From NCBI GenBank assembly GCA_963790025.1, contig CAWBMP010000004.1, positions 352,001 to 416,000 on the forward strand: 64,000 nt of DNA, written 5' to 3'. Position 1 is the first letter of the stretch. Each line of letters starts with the position of its first letter. Below, in pieces: positions 18,811 to 28,712 of the stretch. The position numbers and the translations under genes are program-made. The DNA comes from Nitrospirota bacterium (lineage in GTDB: Bacteria; Nitrospirota; Thermodesulfovibrionia; Thermodesulfovibrionales; Dissulfurispiraceae). Under the pieces are notes generated by a model. It was given only the letters and a program-made list of their open reading frames with translations, had not been told where the DNA came from and did no database searches.

Positions 18811-20400
18811 TTATTTAATACGAAGTTCTGATTGAAAAGAGGCTTCAAGCGCCACATTCTTCACTAGCCGCTCTTTCGAATAGCCAGGATAAATATTGTT
18901 TATTATGCTTAGTATAAACTGGATATGACCTTTATCCTTTATGAAGGGCACTAATAAAGAAGCCGCCAAACTTCTGAAGAGGACGTAATCAGCGGGTAAC
19001 TCATCTTTAAAGCGCCATTTCCTGTCGACAAAGCCGATAGAGCCAGTGTCAGGTAAACTTATCAGGTTCCACAAGACGTAGTCTACAGCATTTCCATCAA
19101 CCAGGTCATAACCTTCTTCATCCTTCCGGTTTTTGGAGTAATCGGCAAGGAGGCACCCATGTAATTTTCGCATAATATTAATAATCTTATTTTCGCTATT
19201 TTGTGAAACTAACGCCCTATAAGCTTCGAAGATCAGCAGATCGCCATTCAGAAACTTATCCGTTTCGATGAGATTAAAGGCGGAATTTTGAGTATTATAC
19301 GAAGTCTTACCGGTATCTATCGGATGGCGGTTTACAAGATATTGTTTGTTTTCGTCTTTAAGAAGTGTTATCACATGGCGGTATGCCGAATTATACATTT
19401 CGCTATTGGAAAACTTCTTGATATGCCATGGCGCTCTCAAGTTCTTTTCCCCTGACTTGCTGGCAAGCACCAGAAATGAATTTGAGAAATGCCAAAAAAG
19501 CCCGGCTTTAACCAGATTCTTGAGAAAAAGAGATTCGGGGAATAAATAAAGTCTCTTGCCCGAATAATCCTCAAATGGAGTTTTTATCCAGTTGTGCAGA
19601 CTCAGTGACAGAATCTCATTGTCCTCCTTCATAAAGGTTTCCGGTAATTTATAATCGGGGAATGCATGATAAAACTGGATATTTTCAAATCCGGCTGCCG
19701 TTAGTATGGCCTGCAGTTCATTCCTGCCGAATGTGACCGCGGTATTATTTGGATACCCGATCAATCCTTCGAAATGCCTGTTTGTGTGGTCTTCCGTGCA
19801 GCCGCTGAAATATTTTGCCCCAAATTTATTCTCAATTGCTATTAATAGCACCCCGTCTTCCGCGAGGGATGATTTCAGTTTTTGCAGAAAAGCAATGCAG
19901 GAAGTTTCGGGTGAGGCATCATTTTTTGCAAGTGAGGGAATGTACTCCATTACGCCTATGAGCGTTACAAGCCCGTACTTTTCAGAACTGAATGCTATAT
20001 CCAGCATGTCGCTGCAGTACACGTTCACATTGTGAAGGTCTCTGGTACGCTTTCTTGTGACGAGGGCCCGGGGCCGGCTCCCCTCTATCGCATCAACTCC
20101 GGAAAAGCTTTCACCAAGCCACCTGGTTATAGCTCCGCACCCTGAACCGAGTTCGAGGACATATGCATCCCTGTCAAGGACATCCGAAACAGCCTTCAGA
20201 ATATTTGCTCTCCGCAGAGAAAGGTGGTACTTCGTAGGCCAATCCTTGATATAAGGAAGCAATTCCGGAGAATAACTTGTCACGTCTTTGAGGTTGCTAA
20301 AAACATTCAAAAGGTATTCTTCACTGCCATCCGAGTAATTCAGGAATGCTCCAGGACGAGTATATATACCCAATGTCTCATCGAAAACAAAGTTTTTCAT
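18811..20400 (-). CDS. Class I SAM-dependent methyltransferase
   Basis: VLELGSGCGAITRWLGE, LIGVMEY, IAIENKFG, FPDYKLP. Confidence 0.8.
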   Translation of the reverse strand: MKNFVFDETLGIYTRPGAFLNYSDGSEEYLLNVFSNLKDVTSYSPELLPYIKDWPTKYHLSLRRANILKAVSDVLDRDAYVLELGSGCGAITRWLGESFSGVDAIEGSRPRALVTRKRTRDLHNVNVYCSDMLDIAFSSEKYGLVTLIGVMEYIPSLAKNDASPETSCIAFLQKLKSSLAEDGVLLIAIENKFGAKYFSGCTEDHTNRHFEGLIGYPNNTAVTFGRNELQAILTAAGFENIQFYHAFPDYKLPETFMKEDNEILSLSLHNWIKTPFEDYSGKRLYLFPESLFLKNLVKAGLFWHFSNSFLVLASKSGEKNLRAPWHIKKFSNSEMYNSAYRHVITLLKDENKQYLVNRHPIDTGKTSYNTQNSAFNLIETDKFLNGDLLIFEAYRALVSQNSENKIINIMRKLHGCLLADYSKNRKDEEGYDLVDGNAVDYVLWNLISLPDTGSIGFVDRKWRFKDELPADYVLFRSLAASLLVPFIKDKGHIQFILSIINNIYPGYSKERLVKNVALEASFQSELRIK

Positions 20401-20412
20401 CCCTTTTTCTCC

Positions 20413-22731
20413 TTATTTGGAGATTCCGCTCACAGACAATAAAAACTGTTCGAGTTCTCTTACCGAGTCCGGATTTTCGTAAAAAATATGGTTCCCCTCC
20501 TGTATCTTTTCACTTAGTTGTTTTTTCCAGTCCGCATCATTCGCAAGCCGTACCGCCCGTTGAATATATTGCTCGCTATCGTTACAGACCAGGTCCATGA
20601 CATTCATTTTCTTGTAGTAGGCGTATGTAAAACGGCTTGCCATGCGGCTTCCGGGCCAGGTTACTATAGGACAACCAACTGAAAAAATTTCCAGGCTCGT
20701 TGTGCCGCCGCAAAAATAAGGGGTATCTAATACTGCATCTGCGCTTCTCATAAAACTGAGAAAATCATTAAAAGAAAGACGCGGCAGGAAAATGATCCTT
20801 TCTGTTACGTCCGGAATTGATTGAAGGAATCTATCCATAAGCAATGTGCTCAAGGGCTTATGCATGGCTTCGAATAAAATCAGCAGGCCATTACTGTCGC
20901 GTCGCAAAATCTCACCTAAAACTGCATCAAAATCCGGATGAAACTTGAATAGGCTTTGAGGCACAACATAAAGCCTGTTTCCGTTTGGCAATCCCACTTT
21001 TTTTCTGATCAGTTGTGTGTCGGTTAATTTAACGCTATCAGGACGGTAAAAATAGTTCGGGATATTTTTCATTCTGACGAGAGATTCCGAATATTGAGTT
21101 TCAGAGCCCTCCGTTTCAAAATCTTCACAGGATATATAAAAATCTATGTTAGGAATCCCGGTTGTATCAGGATGCCCCCACGTTACACACTGCACCGGCG
21201 CCAACCTCGAAAAAGCCAGAAAATAAGTCAGCGCGTCCATTCCGATATCCGTATAAAACAGGATATCCAGCTCACATTCGGCTATCTGCTCACGCGCCTT
21301 TCCCAAGGCTGGAACAAGCGCCACTGATTTATCGGCATTTCTTTCTATGGCGCGTGATATCTCATCGGATTTCTTTTTACCAAAAAAAACATGCACGCTG
21401 AACTGTTGACGCGATAGGTTTGCAATGACCCCCCGGAAATGTTTGCCGATAGTATGATCGTAAAAATTGCTTGAAATAAAACCAATCTTTATTTTTCCAT
21501 GCTTCGCAACTTCTTTTCCCTTTTTGCAGTGAGGCGAAACATAAAGCAAAGATGGGCAGGCATTTATATATAGTTTTGCTATTTTAACCTGCAGGTCCCG
21601 ATTGTTGAGTCCATGATACGCCAGGTAAAAATTGGCTTTGCCGACATCTGCAAGAGGATTATTCAGAATAACTCCCGATTTGAGGAAGTCATCTATTGCG
21701 TGGTCAATCTGCCGGCGATAACGTGAAATATTTTCTCTGGTCGTCATAATTACAGGCAGCAATGTAGCCAATTTTATTCTAATGCCGTCGTTGTGCTTTA
21801 ATTCAATTGCTTTCCGATAACATGCCTTAGCTTTATCAAACTTTCCCATTTTATTGAGAACATTGCCCATATTGTTATAAGCCTGATGATAATCAGGTTT
21901 GAAGGCTATGGCACGGTTGTAGCAGGCTATTGCTTCATCCAGTTTGTCCTGCTCTCTGAGCGCATTGCCTAAATTGTTGTGTGCTTCATGATAGTCAGAT
22001 TTTAACGTCAGGGCCCGCTGGTAACAGGCTATTGCTTCATCCAATTTCCACTGCTCCAGCAACACAACGCCAAGGTTGTTATGCGCCGCATGAAAATCAG
22101 GCTTCAAGGCTATGGCACGGTTGTAACTGCCTATTGCATCATCCAGTCTTCCCTGCTCTTTAAGCGCGTTGCCCAAATTGTTGTGCGCTTCATAAAAATC
22201 AGATTTTATGGCCAGGGCCCGCTGGTAACAGGCTATTGCTTCATCCAATTTCCCTTGCTCCAGCAATACAACGCCAAGGTTGTTATGCGCCGCATGAAAG
22301 TCAGGTTTCAAGGCTATGGCACGGTTGTAACAAGCTATTGCTTCATCTAACTTGCCTTGTTCCACCAACACAACGCCAAGGTTGTTATGCGCCGCATGAA
22401 AATCAGGTTTCAAGGCTATGGCACGGTTGTAACTGGCTATTGCCACATCCGGCTTTTTGAGAGCATGATATACACTCCCGGCTGTATTATGATACAAAAA
22501 AACTGTTTGGTTTATGCCTATAGCCTTTTCAATCAGCTGGACTGCTGCTTCGTTTTTCCCCATTTGATGTGCAATAAGTCCCAGTAAATGTAACGCATCC
22601 GCATTGTCAGGCTCCCTGAGCAAGATTTCATGACAAATCGGCACAGACTGTCTAAGTTCTCCAGCCTGCTGGAGTTTTAAGGCCTGTTGCATGGCGGCAG
22701 AAATATCTAAGGGCCCATTTACATTATTCAT
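20413..22731 (-). CDS. TPR-repeat O-GlcNAc transferase-like glycosyltransferase (GT41/SPINDLY family)
   Basis: About 9 TPRs; KIGFISS.F..HTIGK, RLAPVQC..WGHPDTTG, QSLFKFHP, LDTPYF.GGTTS. Confidence 0.88.
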   Translation of the reverse strand: MNNVNGPLDISAAMQQALKLQQAGELRQSVPICHEILLREPDNADALHLLGLIAHQMGKNEAAVQLIEKAIGINQTVFLYHNTAGSVYHALKKPDVAIASYNRAIALKPDFHAAHNNLGVVLVEQGKLDEAIACYNRAIALKPDFHAAHNNLGVVLLEQGKLDEAIACYQRALAIKSDFYEAHNNLGNALKEQGRLDDAIGSYNRAIALKPDFHAAHNNLGVVLLEQWKLDEAIACYQRALTLKSDYHEAHNNLGNALREQDKLDEAIACYNRAIAFKPDYHQAYNNMGNVLNKMGKFDKAKACYRKAIELKHNDGIRIKLATLLPVIMTTRENISRYRRQIDHAIDDFLKSGVILNNPLADVGKANFYLAYHGLNNRDLQVKIAKLYINACPSLLYVSPHCKKGKEVAKHGKIKIGFISSNFYDHTIGKHFRGVIANLSRQQFSVHVFFGKKKSDEISRAIERNADKSVALVPALGKAREQIAECELDILFYTDIGMDALTYFLAFSRLAPVQCVTWGHPDTTGIPNIDFYISCEDFETEGSETQYSESLVRMKNIPNYFYRPDSVKLTDTQLIRKKVGLPNGNRLYVVPQSLFKFHPDFDAVLGEILRRDSNGLLILFEAMHKPLSTLLMDRFLQSIPDVTERIIFLPRLSFNDFLSFMRSADAVLDTPYFCGGTTSLEIFSVGCPIVTWPGSRMASRFTYAYYKKMNVMDLVCNDSEQYIQRAVRLANDADWKKQLSEKIQEGNHIFYENPDSVRELEQFLLSVSGISK
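21830..22450. repeat. 102-bp tandem TPR-coding repeats with a 204-bp higher-order duplication
   Basis: Near-identical DNA units (aacgccaaggttgttatgcgccgcatgaaa x3); NNLGVVL and NNLGNAL units alternate. Confidence 0.85.
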
Positions 22732-22891
22732 TAATCACTTGAAAATATAAAAAAATTTGGCCAATCGCCGAAAGTTTAGTGCAGCAATTTTGCAGTAGCA
22801 GGCATCCGAAGGGACAGAAAACAGGAGTCGGGCTTCTGTTCTTTGAGCGCCCGACATCGTATGCTTCCTATGGCTTAGGCTACAAGGCCGA

Positions 22892-23656
22892 TTACTGGCT
22901 GAGCATATATTTTCGGTGCTGGAGATAGGCATCCTTGACCGCAATATAAGGATCGACAGCCGCTTCTTTCAAATCCTCGTATTCGCCGATATGCAATGAG
23001 GTGTTATTAAAATATTCATATGCATTGACACCAAGCATGTCCTCTATCGGGGTGATATAATCCATCGGCGTCATGTAGCCGTCACCTACAAAACCGACAG
23101 TGTCCCTCACGGTTGAAGGTCCCAAAAATGGCCAGACAATATATATACCGTTTCCTATGCCATACTTCCCTAATGTCTGGCCCAGGTCCTTATCCTGGCG
23201 CTGGAAATCCGGATTCTGCTTCATAACATCGAACAGTCCGCCTATACCAACCGAGCTGTTTATAACGACGCGGACCAGCTCTATGCCTGCCGCTTTAGGC
23301 TCTCCCTGAAGAAGTGCATTAACAAACCGTACCGGCATTTCAAGATTGCGGAAAAAATTGCGTACCGATGTCCGCGCCACCTCGGGGACTACCGCGTTAT
23401 AGCCGCTTGCAGCCGGTTTCACGAACCAAAAGTACAATTTATCATTAAACCCAAACGCAAAACGGTTCCATGGCTCAATTGGATCAGCTATTGTCTCTCC
23501 TTCAGAGGGTATTTCTTCTTCAGTCTGGGTTTCAACAGCCTCTCCCTTTAATTTTTCTTCTCCGCCCAGAGGTCCGGTGAACGGTGTTTGAGGCCACGAA
23601 GGCGCTGCCAGCGATAACAAAATGACTATAATAATTGCTACATGATGTGTCTTCAT
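22892..23656 (-). CDS. VacJ/MlaA family lipid transport protein
   Basis: DPIEPWNR..F.FND, NFF.NL, INSSVGIGGLFD, DLGQTLG..G, PFLGPST.RD, DPY...DAY.Q.R. Confidence 0.92.
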   Translation of the reverse strand: MKTHHVAIIIVILLSLAAPSWPQTPFTGPLGGEEKLKGEAVETQTEEEIPSEGETIADPIEPWNRFAFGFNDKLYFWFVKPAASGYNAVVPEVARTSVRNFFRNLEMPVRFVNALLQGEPKAAGIELVRVVINSSVGIGGLFDVMKQNPDFQRQDKDLGQTLGKYGIGNGIYIVWPFLGPSTVRDTVGFVGDGYMTPMDYITPIEDMLGVNAYEYFNNTSLHIGEYEDLKEAAVDPYIAVKDAYLQHRKYMLSQ

Positions 23657-23713
23657 GTCTTTATCCCCTTAGATATTATTATACATTTGTCGGAAACAGG
23701 ATGCATGTCCCGG

Positions 23714-24355
23714 CTATTTTTCCTCTTTACGTGAGAAATTTTTGATTTTTTCCCTAAGCATGGCGATCAAGGCATCAAATCCCTTATTTTTAATCACACT
23801 CACAAATTGTGATCGTGTCAGAGCAAGCTGGCTCACTCCGTAAATATGTATGTCCACGATACGCCACAGTGCATCCGTCTTCCTGAGACGATAATGGAAA
23901 TCGACATGCTCGTCATTCGGCTCAATCAGCTTGCTTACAACAGTAACAGTGCCCTGCTCCGGCTTTGACTCCGAAGCTATTTCAAACCGCTCCCCGGAAA
24001 ATTCACTAAAGTTCCCTGCATATGATGCAATGGTCCATTCAGTGTAAGTGTCCAGAAAAGTCTTGCGCTCCTTCTCCTTCAATGTCTTCCAGTAACTCCC
24101 AACAGACGCACCCGCCATGAAAGGAACGGCAAAAGACTCTTTGATGACCGGCTCCAGCAGCTTGTAACGTCCGGCATAGCCGAGTTCATGCCCCTTCATG
24201 GATTCCAAAAGAGATGTATTGAATCTCTTAATAACATCTGCCGGTCCCGCTTCCTCTGCGGCGGCAGAATAGACCACTGTAAAGATGAGGGCGGATAAAA
24301 GAATAAGGCCTGCAAACTGTGATGCAAATTTTTTCCCTGTGTATTGCCCTGGCAT
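23714..24355 (-). CDS. hpnM: HpnM / MlaC (Ttg2D) family periplasmic protein
   Basis: RY..LEPVI...F, YA.NF..F.GE.F, WRIVDI...GVSQLALTRSQF; divergent from hpnN. Confidence 0.8.
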   Translation of the reverse strand: MPGQYTGKKFASQFAGLILLSALIFTVVYSAAAEEAGPADVIKRFNTSLLESMKGHELGYAGRYKLLEPVIKESFAVPFMAGASVGSYWKTLKEKERKTFLDTYTEWTIASYAGNFSEFSGERFEIASESKPEQGTVTVVSKLIEPNDEHVDFHYRLRKTDALWRIVDIHIYGVSQLALTRSQFVSVIKNKGFDALIAMLREKIKNFSRKEEK

Positions 24356-24504
24356 TTAAATCATCCTCCAACTAACATTTGTTCTACTTGGTGACTAGTC
24401 TTTTCTGCTATTATAATAAATAATCGGAAATTTTTGATATTACTTTATCACAAATTCAGAAACTCCCCAATAAACTGCACTCTGGGGTTCCGTAAGGAAA
24501 GTGA

Positions 24505-27171
24505 ATGGAAAAAAATGACGGGGCACTGAAACCGGACCAGGTCCGGGGCAGGCTGATAGGATGGTGGACTGCTGTAATGCAGCGTTACGCGCCATGGGTC
24601 ATAGTCATCGTGATCGCGGCTACTGCCGGAGTGCTCTTTTATTCGGTGCGGAATTTTAGAATTAATAGTGATTTCAATAGCATGATTTCAGAGAAATTGC
24701 ACTTCCGCAAGCTCCAAATGGATTTTGACAAGGCATTCCCTCAACTCACTGATACAATTGTTATAGTGCTTGACGCGGACACCGCGGAGCAGGCAATGGC
24801 GGCGAGGAAGCGCTTTGCCGCACAGTTACGAAAAGAAAAAACTCTCTTCAGGACCATCTACGAGCCTGGAGGCGGAGAGTTTTTTGAAACAAAAGGCCTT
24901 CTATACATGAGTTTAAGTGAACTGGAAGGACTTTCCGACAAAGTTGCCGAAGCGCAGCCGCTCCTCGCATTTCTCTCGAAGGACCTGAGCCTGCGGGGGC
25001 TATTCTCGGTGCTCGGAATGGCCTTGAAGCGTGAAGAGTTAAGCAGTGCACAGGGCGGCACCATAGACAAACTGCTGGACCGTATGGGCAGCACCTTTGA
25101 TAACATAAGTGCCGGGCATCCCCGCCAAATATCCTGGGAAGAAATGATGCTCGCCGGTAAGGAAGCTGATGCTCAGCGCCGGCAGTTTATCATGACGCAG
25201 CCTGTCCTTTATGCAACCGAATCCTCTCCAGGTGAAGCGGCCTTCCAAGCTGTGAGCAATATAGCCCGGCAGCTCCAAATCGATAAGGCCCACGGAATAA
25301 CTGTGCGCGTTACAGGTGATGTTGCACTGGCCCGGGAAAACATGGCTGAAGTCAGAAACAGCACAGGCGCTGCAACGGCGGTCTCGCTTATTTTGGTTGG
25401 CATGGTCCTCTATATCGGACTTGGAGGCTCCGGACGTCTCGTGGCCGCGAGCCTTGCAACTCTGATAACCGGGCTTATATGGACAACAGGCTTTGCACTC
25501 TTTGCTATTGGCAGCCTCAACATGATATCGATTACCTTTGCAGTACTGTTCATTGGCCTCGGCATAGATTACTGCATCCAGTTCTGCCTGCGGTACAGGG
25601 AATTGGTCGTTTCAGGATGCGGGGACCACGACAGCATTGTCATTGCCGCAAGAGGTGTAGGCAAAAGTCTCGTGCTTAGTTGCATAACCATTGCCATCGG
25701 CTTCTATTCTTTTGTACCTACTGCCTATGCAGGAGTAGCCGAACTCGGACTCATATCAGGGACCGGTATGTTCATCAGCCTTTTTGCAACACTTACCCTG
25801 CTGCCCGCCTTACTGACGATTGCCCCAGTCCGCAGAAAGCAAAAGCTTCCCTTATCGCCGGGGGAAAGGGTTACCTCACTCCCCTACCGTTATTCAGCAC
25901 CGATAACCGGCGCAGCCTTTGTGCTGGGAGTCCTTTCCATAATGGTGGCACCGAAGATATTCTTCAACTATAATCCCCTTGATCTCTACCAGGAATCTTC
26001 GGAAAGCATAAGTACCATCCTGGACCTTTTCAAGGATGTCAATACCCAGCCTTGGACTGCCTCAGTGCTCGTCAGGGGAAAAGCGGAGTCACATAAGCTT
26101 GCCGAAAAATTGGGGAAACTTAAAGAAGTAAAAATGGTCGTATCCATCCTGGACTTTGTGCCCGAGCGCCAGGCCGACAAGCTCCGCATTATTTCGGACA
26201 TGTCCCTTTTCTTACCGCCAACCCTAAGTGAGGCAAAAGTGAGACACCTGAAATATGACACAAATATGGCAGCTCTGCTTAGATTTGAAAAAACTCTCAA
26301 GAAATCGCGGCTTGCATCAAGCGCATCCGGCCGAAGACTGTATGAGTCTATAGAGCATTTCAGAAAGCTGCTGACCAACCCGGTGAAAGGCAGTGAGGCG
26401 TTTTCTGTTTTGGAAACAAGCATGCTCTCCGGTCTTCCGTCGCTATTCGACATGCTCACGAAATCAATGCAGGCAACGGCCATCACCGAATCCAACCTGC
26501 CGCGCGAACTGGCAAGCCAGTACATAGCACCGGATGGTCGCTATCGTATCCAAATATTTCCGAGTGAAAACATAATGCATCCTGAAGAGTTGAAACGCTT
26601 TGTCCGGGCCTTGTATTCAGTGACCCCGGACGCGACGGATTCGCCGGTCGGCATATATGAATCCGGAAAGGCGGTCATTGCGTCATTTCAACAGGCGACG
26701 CTATCGGCCATGGCAGTTATCACCATCTTTCTCATTATTGAATTAAGGGGCATTTTTGTGACCGGACTCATCCTTACCCCTCTTGTGCTGGCTATGCTGC
26801 TGACCGGCGCGACATCCGTTCTGCTGCATATACCCCTTAATTTTGCAAATGTTATTGTCGTGCCGGTTTTATTGGGAATAGGTGTCCACAGCGGTATAAT
26901 TTTCATGCTAAGGTATCAGACGGAACCACCGCTGCATGGCAATATGCTGAAAACAAGCACGGCCCGCGCCATACTATTCAGTTCCTTGACGATGTTGATC
27001 AGTACGTGCAGCCTTTCCTTTTCACCTCACAGGGGGATCGCAAGCATGGGTATACTTCTTACTATATGTTTGTGTTTTGTCTTGGCCGGGACACTTGTCT
27101 TACTGCCGGCCCTGATTCAACTCTCAAAGCGCCGGTCCGCTTCCGTCAAAAAAACTTGCAAAAAAAGCTAA
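24505..27171 (+). CDS. hpnN: Hopanoid RND/MMPL transporter HpnN
   Basis: MMPL architecture; FAVLFIGLGID, LNFANVI..P.LLGIGV; hopanoid context. Confidence 0.88.
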   Translation: MEKNDGALKPDQVRGRLIGWWTAVMQRYAPWVIVIVIAATAGVLFYSVRNFRINSDFNSMISEKLHFRKLQMDFDKAFPQLTDTIVIVLDADTAEQAMAARKRFAAQLRKEKTLFRTIYEPGGGEFFETKGLLYMSLSELEGLSDKVAEAQPLLAFLSKDLSLRGLFSVLGMALKREELSSAQGGTIDKLLDRMGSTFDNISAGHPRQISWEEMMLAGKEADAQRRQFIMTQPVLYATESSPGEAAFQAVSNIARQLQIDKAHGITVRVTGDVALARENMAEVRNSTGAATAVSLILVGMVLYIGLGGSGRLVAASLATLITGLIWTTGFALFAIGSLNMISITFAVLFIGLGIDYCIQFCLRYRELVVSGCGDHDSIVIAARGVGKSLVLSCITIAIGFYSFVPTAYAGVAELGLISGTGMFISLFATLTLLPALLTIAPVRRKQKLPLSPGERVTSLPYRYSAPITGAAFVLGVLSIMVAPKIFFNYNPLDLYQESSESISTILDLFKDVNTQPWTASVLVRGKAESHKLAEKLGKLKEVKMVVSILDFVPERQADKLRIISDMSLFLPPTLSEAKVRHLKYDTNMAALLRFEKTLKKSRLASSASGRRLYESIEHFRKLLTNPVKGSEAFSVLETSMLSGLPSLFDMLTKSMQATAITESNLPRELASQYIAPDGRYRIQIFPSENIMHPEELKRFVRALYSVTPDATDSPVGIYESGKAVIASFQQATLSAMAVITIFLIIELRGIFVTGLILTPLVLAMLLTGATSVLLHIPLNFANVIVVPVLLGIGVHSGIIFMLRYQTEPPLHGNMLKTSTARAILFSSLTMLISTCSLSFSPHRGIASMGILLTICLCFVLAGTLVLLPALIQLSKRRSASVKKTCKKS

Positions 27172-27265
27172 ATTGCTATAAATTATTGTATATGTTACCG
27201 TATTCACTGTTTTGCCAGGAGAATGCTTCTTTTGAAAGCAAACGAAAAGGGGCGCTTTCAGCCTT

Positions 27266-28177
27266 ATGATACCCGATATGAACCTAAAGGGCAAAAGCTA
27301 TCTGGTTGTTGTTGCTGATGACATGGGCAAATCGGCATCAGTTAACCAGGCAATAGCCGAGGCCCACGATCAGGGGATTCTTACTGCCGCCAGTATTATG
27401 GCGGGGGGTGAGGCTTTTGATGACGCAGTAAAGACGATTTCCGGGCGCAGTCGGCTGTCGACCGGGCTGCACGTTACACTATGCGATGGGAAAGCTGTAT
27501 TGCCTCACGCATGTATTCCTGATATTACCGATCATGAAGGATATTTCATAAAAGATCCTGCTGCTGCAGGACTGCACTATACGAGACCGGGTCTTCTTGC
27601 GCAGATTGAGGGCGAAGTTGCCGCGCAGTTCGAGCGCCTGGAAAGGGCGGGCATCCGCCCTTGTCATGTAGACTGCCATCATCATCTTCACATGCACCCC
27701 CTTATTTTCGAAGTGCTCTGCCGGCAGGCCTTCATGAGGAATATCTTTTGGATCAGGCTGCCTAAAGAGCCGCTGTCGATTGTTATGGCATTCCGTTCGC
27801 CGTCGCGCGGCATCATGCCCTTTGTCGAATGGGCAGTCTTCGGAATACTTGGAAAATACAACTCGCGGACGGCCCGGAAGTACGGGATGCAGAGTGCCGC
27901 CCGTGTTTTCGGCCTCTCAAGTACCGGAGGCATTGATGAGAAGTTTTTTCTTGATATTTTACGTCATGCTGGTATCGCTCTCACGGAGATTTTCACTCAT
28001 CCCGACGTGGAGACACCTTCCGGCAGGCGGGAACTCGCTGCATTAATGTCCCCCAGCGTGCGTGATCTGATAAGAGAATTGGAGATATCGCCGGTAGGAT
28101 ACAAGGACCTGGAAGCGAGACGTGATAGCACCAGAATAAGCGAAAACGTACACAGAGGGATTCTTTCATTTAAATAA
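27266..28177 (+). CDS. hpnK: YdjC/ChbG family deacetylase HpnK
   Basis: ADDMG, GLHVTL, HVDCHHHLHMHP, EIFTHP. Confidence 0.85.
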   Translation: MIPDMNLKGKSYLVVVADDMGKSASVNQAIAEAHDQGILTAASIMAGGEAFDDAVKTISGRSRLSTGLHVTLCDGKAVLPHACIPDITDHEGYFIKDPAAAGLHYTRPGLLAQIEGEVAAQFERLERAGIRPCHVDCHHHLHMHPLIFEVLCRQAFMRNIFWIRLPKEPLSIVMAFRSPSRGIMPFVEWAVFGILGKYNSRTARKYGMQSAARVFGLSSTGGIDEKFFLDILRHAGIALTEIFTHPDVETPSGRRELAALMSPSVRDLIRELEISPVGYKDLEARRDSTRISENVHRGILSFK

Positions 28178-28223
28178 ACAAGGGAAGCCCTCCATGTTCC
28201 GGTTACGTTAAAAAGGAGATGCG

Positions 28224-28712
28224 GTGAAAACATATATAGTAATATTATTGGCGACCTTTAGCGCTGCCATAGGTGAAACATTATTAAGCTATGGAATGAA
28301 GAGGGGCGCGCAAGTGGACCTGGCCATGCCTTCTCAATGGGGGCATCTTGTACTGTCGGTAATACGTAACCCGTATGTTTTCGCCGGCGTTGTCTTCCTC
28401 GCTGTTTTTTTCTTCCTCTACCTTGCCGCCCTCTCATGGGCCGACCTCAGCTTTGTGATGCCGTTAACAGCGATGTCTTATATTTTTGCCGCTCTTCTGG
28501 CGAGGTATGTGCTTAGAGAGGAAGTATCCTGGTTCCGTTGGGCCGGGACCGCAGTAATCACTCTGGGTATCATACTGATTGCACTCGATAGCCGGCAGCG
28601 GTCGGAAGACAGCGGGATAGGCGGGTATCCAAAGAGCACTATCATCAGCGGAACATCCTATTCCGGCGATACCGGGGATACCGGAAAAGAAAGGAGCCAC
28701 GGACATTTATGA
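28224..28712 (+). CDS. EamA/DMT family small membrane transporter
   Basis: Four TMs; LSWADLSFVMPLTAMSY, L.E.VS..RWAG. Confidence 0.8.
   Translation: MKTYIVILLATFSAAIGETLLSYGMKRGAQVDLAMPSQWGHLVLSVIRNPYVFAGVVFLAVFFFLYLAALSWADLSFVMPLTAMSYIFAALLARYVLREEVSWFRWAGTAVITLGIILIALDSRQRSEDSGIGGYPKSTIISGTSYSGDTGDTGKERSHGHL

Noticed and set aside
21830..22450. Regular repeats resembling a CRISPR array
   Set aside because: They are in-frame 102-bp TPR units with no unique spacers, and no cas genes are present.
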